This document shows positions 60,214-64,000 of a DNA stretch of 64,000 nt, in pieces. The stretch comes from Desulfatiglandales bacterium (lineage in GTDB: Bacteria; Desulfobacterota; DSM-4660; Desulfatiglandales; HGW-15), in NCBI GenBank assembly GCA_963667015.2, contig CAXXJJ010000001.1, positions 704,001 through 768,000 of the forward strand, written 5' to 3'. The notes below the pieces were generated by a model. It did no database searches. It had not been told where the DNA came from and saw only the letters and a list, made by a program, of their open reading frames with translations. Every line of letters starts with the position of its first letter. The first letter of the stretch is position 1. Made by a program: the position numbers and the translations under genes.

Positions 60214-60251
60214 AAGGGCAAATTCGGCTTTGAGAATTTGCCCTTTGTTTT
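60214..60251 (+). terminator. Rho-independent terminator closing locus B
   Basis: AAGGGCAAATTC...GAATTTGCCCTT then TGTTTT. Confidence 0.7.
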
Positions 60252-60458
60252 AAAATGATAAAAATTCTGTCAATGGTCAAAGGCAGTCTTGACCCCTTTC
60301 CATAACAACGTTCTCATGTTCTTCCACATTCAACCTCATTATTACAGGAGTAGACCTGAACCCTCTGCTTGAACTTACTAAATTTGCAAGCAGTCAAAGA
60401 GATCAGATCTTTATTTTGTAGGATTCATAAAGTGAAGATCTGGTCCTGTTACCTTGAT

Positions 60459-61343
60459 CTATACACTAGCCTCAATTTGGACTGTAATGGGTTCCACATC
60501 CCTGCACTTCTGATCAAGCTGGTGTAGTATTCTCTGGATCATACTGTCAGAGAGGGGTTTTTCTTTTTTGCTTTTAAGAAATTTTATTATTTCAGTAGGG
60601 TTTAATACATTTACTCCTCTGGGTGCAGCTTTCCTTTCAACATACCAGCCGGGTATTGTCAGTATAGCCTCAACATTTACCTGTTCACCAACTGCGCTGG
60701 TTATCCACTTTTGAAGTGTTAAGGCGTTAAGTCTTGCCTGTTTAAGAGAGGCAGTATCTGAGTAATGAGGAAAGTTAAGGGCGTTTCCATCATAGATAAC
60801 ATTGGCTGATTCATTCTTCTTTTTTATTCGGGATTTTGATCGTGTCTTTGTTTCAACCGCATAAACACCGGAGCTGCCAACAATAATATGATCTATGTTG
60901 AATTTTTTAATCCTGTCTATCACCAGATCATGAAACACATGGTAACCATCCAGCATTAGAAGATTAAGTTCCTGCCCGACAGCAATTTCACCATCATAAC
61001 CTAATCGTAGGCTTCTTCTCTTGTTCAGATACTTCCATAATTTTGTAAAGAAGAATAACTCAAATAGAATAATAATGACGACATAATAAGTTAATCCTTG
61101 ATTGAAGATAATAGCAACAGATAGCGCAAACATAGGAAATATCATTAAAAAGCTTGAATATACAGTGATCTCATCACTTACTAATTGTATTTGTTCATTG
61201 AGAGATTGGCCGGGGCTGCGTAAGAATTTATCGGTAAATGGTGCACGTTTATTTTCTCTAGAATGATGCCACCTATAGAATGAAAAAAATAAAAGAGGTA
61301 TTATGAAAAAGCAAATTGCTATAGCAAAGTATAAAAATGGCAT
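60459..61343 (-). CDS. NERD (nuclease-related domain) membrane protein
   Basis: N-terminal TM helices, GYDGE..V, VFHD, NIDHIIVG..GVYAVETK and QA. Confidence 0.85.
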   Translation of the reverse strand: MPFLYFAIAICFFIIPLLFFSFYRWHHSRENKRAPFTDKFLRSPGQSLNEQIQLVSDEITVYSSFLMIFPMFALSVAIIFNQGLTYYVVIIILFELFFFTKLWKYLNKRRSLRLGYDGEIAVGQELNLLMLDGYHVFHDLVIDRIKKFNIDHIIVGSSGVYAVETKTRSKSRIKKKNESANVIYDGNALNFPHYSDTASLKQARLNALTLQKWITSAVGEQVNVEAILTIPGWYVERKAAPRGVNVLNPTEIIKFLKSKKEKPLSDSMIQRILHQLDQKCRDVEPITVQIEASV

Positions 61344-61751
61344 TGTTTATTCTCAATTAATTAGGTTCTTGAAGCTTTTAGATATAGTTGACTCTGTCAA
61401 TAATGAAGGTCTGACCCTGATGTTTTTCCATTAATTTTATCAACAAACCTTTTTCAAAAAAAGAATTAGCCCACAAGGTAAGAGACATCTTGGATAAATA
61501 AACTTTTAAAATATTTATTGAATATATTTTTTGAAACTGCCGATATAACGAATGATAGTATTGACGATGTCCAAGTTGATAACTCATCTAACACCTAACT
61601 CATTCTACCTTCCAATTCTGTTTATTTACTATCTTTAAAACGATAATGATCATGTCATATGGTTTGATGTTAAGGCTATTCAGAAAAGGTGAGGAAAATT
61701 AAATTATATAATTCAGTGATATTTTTGACAATGATCATATAAGGAGAAAAA

Positions 61752-63182
61752 ATGAATTCAATATTACATGAACAAGTTCTTGATAATTTTCCTGATGGTA
61801 TAACAATTCAAGACATGGATTTTAAGATTATTTATCAAAACAAAGCAATGGTAAGCGCTTTTGGAGAACATAAAGGCGAATATTGCTATAAAGTCTATGA
61901 AAAAAGAAACAGAATATGTGAAGGATGTGGAGTCCAAAAAGCATTCTTGACAGGAAAATCCATTATGACTCTCAGAGTGGCAGAAGATATTAATAATACC
62001 TCTTCATACTGGGAAAATTCTTGTTTTCCCCTATTTAATGATAAGGAGAATATTATAGCAGGTGTAGAAGTTTGTCGAAATATAACTGATAGAGTTACTC
62101 TCGAAGAAGAAGTTAAAGAAAGAAATATAGAATTATCTCAGCTAAATAATCAATTAAGCCAAAAGACAAACCAACTGCAAACGTCATTGGTTGAGAGAGG
62201 AGTGATAGAGGATAAATTACGAAAGGAAATTAAAATACGGGAAAATACTGAACAAGAGCTTCATAAGTCACATGGTGAATTAAGAAAGACATTAGAGAAA
62301 TTAAAACAGACACAAGTTAAAATGCTTCAGTCAGAAAAAATGGCATCAATCGGCCAATTAGCAGCAGGAATAGCCCATGAGATAAATAATCCTACAGGAT
62401 TTGTAAGTAGTAATTTATTCACTCTTGGTAATTATAGTGAAGATTTAATTAATATGATTAAACATTATAAAGAAGTTATCAATCAAATAAAGAAAACTAA
62501 TCAAGATAAAGATAAAAAAATAGGATTATCAAAAGAAATTGATGAAATTGAAGCACTCGAATTAACATTAGATATAAATTTTATGCTCAACGATATTGAT
62601 AATTTGATAAAAGAGTCACAGGATGGAGTATTAAGAATAAAAAAAATAGTTGATGATTTAAAAGGCTTTGCACATCCGGGAAAAGATAAACCGGAATATT
62701 CAAATATTAATGAAAATCTTGATTCAACATTAAATGTGATTTGGAATGAAATAAAACTCAAAGCCACAGTAGTAAAAAAATACGGTAATATTCCGGAAAT
62801 AATGTGCTATCCACAAAAACTCAACCAGGTATTCATGAATATCTTGTTTAATGCAGTACAGTGTATGGAAAGTGAGGGTGAAATTAGAATTGGAACAGAT
62901 GTACGAGATGAATATCTGGAAATTAAAATAAGTGACACAGGGCCAGGTATATCTAAAGATAACATTACTAAAATTTTTGATCCCTTTTTTACGACTAAAG
63001 AGATTGGGAAAGGTACAGGCCTTGGACTTAACATTGCTTATAATATTATTGAAGAGCACAATGGCTCTATTTCAGTAGAAAGTGAAGAAGGATGTGGAAC
63101 AATGTTTACAATAATTCTACCGGTAGGCAATACAGATGAAAGTTTGAGTTCAAGCAAAAAAATGGATAATATTGAGTATTAA
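61752..63182 (+). CDS. PAS-domain sensor histidine kinase (NtrB-like)
   Basis: PAS with CY...C..C, H-box AHEINNP, NQVFMN, DTGPG and FFTTK..GKGTGLGL. Confidence 0.93.
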   Translation: MNSILHEQVLDNFPDGITIQDMDFKIIYQNKAMVSAFGEHKGEYCYKVYEKRNRICEGCGVQKAFLTGKSIMTLRVAEDINNTSSYWENSCFPLFNDKENIIAGVEVCRNITDRVTLEEEVKERNIELSQLNNQLSQKTNQLQTSLVERGVIEDKLRKEIKIRENTEQELHKSHGELRKTLEKLKQTQVKMLQSEKMASIGQLAAGIAHEINNPTGFVSSNLFTLGNYSEDLINMIKHYKEVINQIKKTNQDKDKKIGLSKEIDEIEALELTLDINFMLNDIDNLIKESQDGVLRIKKIVDDLKGFAHPGKDKPEYSNINENLDSTLNVIWNEIKLKATVVKKYGNIPEIMCYPQKLNQVFMNILFNAVQCMESEGEIRIGTDVRDEYLEIKISDTGPGISKDNITKIFDPFFTTKEIGKGTGLGLNIAYNIIEEHNGSISVESEEGCGTMFTIILPVGNTDESLSSSKKMDNIEY

Positions 63183-63266
63183 ATTCACCTATTAATGGAA
63201 AAATACAATCAAAATATCTCTTTAAATTGTTAGCAGTCTGTTGGTAAAAAAGAGGATGTAAAAGTT

Positions 63267-64000
63267 ATGGACAACAATGAGTTAAGGTGTCATTTGGATA
63301 GAGTTGAAGATTTGCCTACACTTCCGACAATAGCAATGGAGGTAAACCATTTATTACAGGATTACAACACATCAATTAAAAAATTAAGCGATGTGATGGA
63401 AAATGATCAGGCAATTGCCGCGAAGATATTGAAGCTGGTTAATTCTGCTTTTTTCGGACTAAGGTCAAAAGTTGGAAACATTCCTCATGCTATTACATTA
63501 TTGGGTTTTAATACTGTGCGTAACGCAGTACTTTCAGTATCTGTCATAAAAGCATTTTCGAATATCTCGGACATGGAAGGTTTCAAGATAACCGACTTTT
63601 GGACACACTCGGTTTCTGTTGCGGTTGCCAGCAAACATATAGCGAACACAACCCGTCTCCATAGCCCTGATGATTGTTTTATTGGAGGGCTCCTTCATGA
63701 TATTGGCAAATTAATTTTGATAAATAACTTCGAATCTCTTTTCATAGAGATATGGAGAATAAAGAAAGAAGAAAGCATTTCATTTTTTGAAGCTGAAAAG
63801 AAGATAGGCTTAATGAATCATGCTCAAATCGGGGGGTATTTGGCCTCTAAATGGAAACTCCCTATGGCCTTATCCGATACTATTGCGAGACATCACTCTC
63901 TTTCCAATATGGCTAATGATGTAGATTTATTAAAAATAATTTGTACTGCAGATATCATTATAAACAATCTTGATTTAGTAGAAGCAGATTCATATGAGGA
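63267..64000 (+). CDS. HDOD domain protein (runs off the window end)
   Basis: Translated by eye: MDNNELRCHLDRVEDLPTLP...DQAIAAKILKLVNSAFFG...AITLLG...FWTHS...GLLHDIGK...HAQIG..LASKWKLP...HH. Confidence 0.9.
   Translation, partial: MDNNELRCHLDRVEDLPTLPTIAMEVNHLLQDYNTSIKKLSDVMENDQAIAAKILKLVNSAFFGLRSKVGNIPHAITLLGFNTVRNAVLSVSVIKAFSNISDMEGFKITDFWTHSVSVAVASKHIANTTRLHSPDDCFIGGLLHDIGKLILINNFESLFIEIWRIKKEESISFFEAEKKIGLMNHAQIGGYLASKWKLPMALSDTIARHHSLSNMANDVDLLKIICTADIIINNLDLVEADSYE

Noticed and set aside
60211..60251. c-di-GMP-I riboswitch (GGGCAAA start)
   Set aside because: It forms a simple hairpin with a T tail and lacks the second stem and GCAAAG junction, so it is treated as a terminator.
57890..61343. 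Classical restriction-modification pair (MTase plus NERD nuclease)
   Set aside because: The genes are convergent, separated by repeats and a terminator, and differ in composition, so nothing shows they are cognate.

Overview
64 kb of a bacterial chromosome, most likely an anaerobic Desulfobacterota (deltaproteobacterial) genome, judged from gene content, sigma54 promoters and a Sec-decoding gene. The backbone is housekeeping: uvrD/pcrA-folC-lptD-manC-pmm-gltX, htpG, tolQRAB-pal-cpoB, namZ-like/mltD, pilT paralogs, tsaA, pckG and icd. Accessory parts include tandem TonB-dependent receptors, a Tat-ferredoxin/aldehyde:ferredoxin oxidoreductase pair and signalling genes. No tRNA, rRNA or CRISPR array was seen. 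Five observations stand out. (1) Two loci (about 21.96-23.68 kb and 57.63-60.25 kb) share the same sigma54 promoter architecture, a ParB-like/DNA-methyltransferase gene and a family of ~78-bp structured hairpin repeats that delimit gene-sized or truncated cassettes; one locus is cut by a Y1/HUH (RAYT-like) transposase with 25-bp inverted ends. (2) A Mo/W-bisPGD enzyme resembling metallopterin ergothioneine synthase, lacking a desulfurase domain but with a C-terminal GCVG tail, is paired with an OvoA-like methyltransferase and is a candidate anaerobic thiohistidine pathway. (3) An HdrD/GlpC-like Fe-S protein split by the ORF caller at an in-frame UGA with a SECIS-like hairpin is probably a selenoprotein. 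(4) An orphan ParA sits next to a non-ParB partner carrying the LGRGL ParA-activation motif. (5) A small hydrophobic ORF with an adjacent sRNA resembles a type I toxin-antitoxin locus. All family assignments come from motif recognition by eye; no searches were run.
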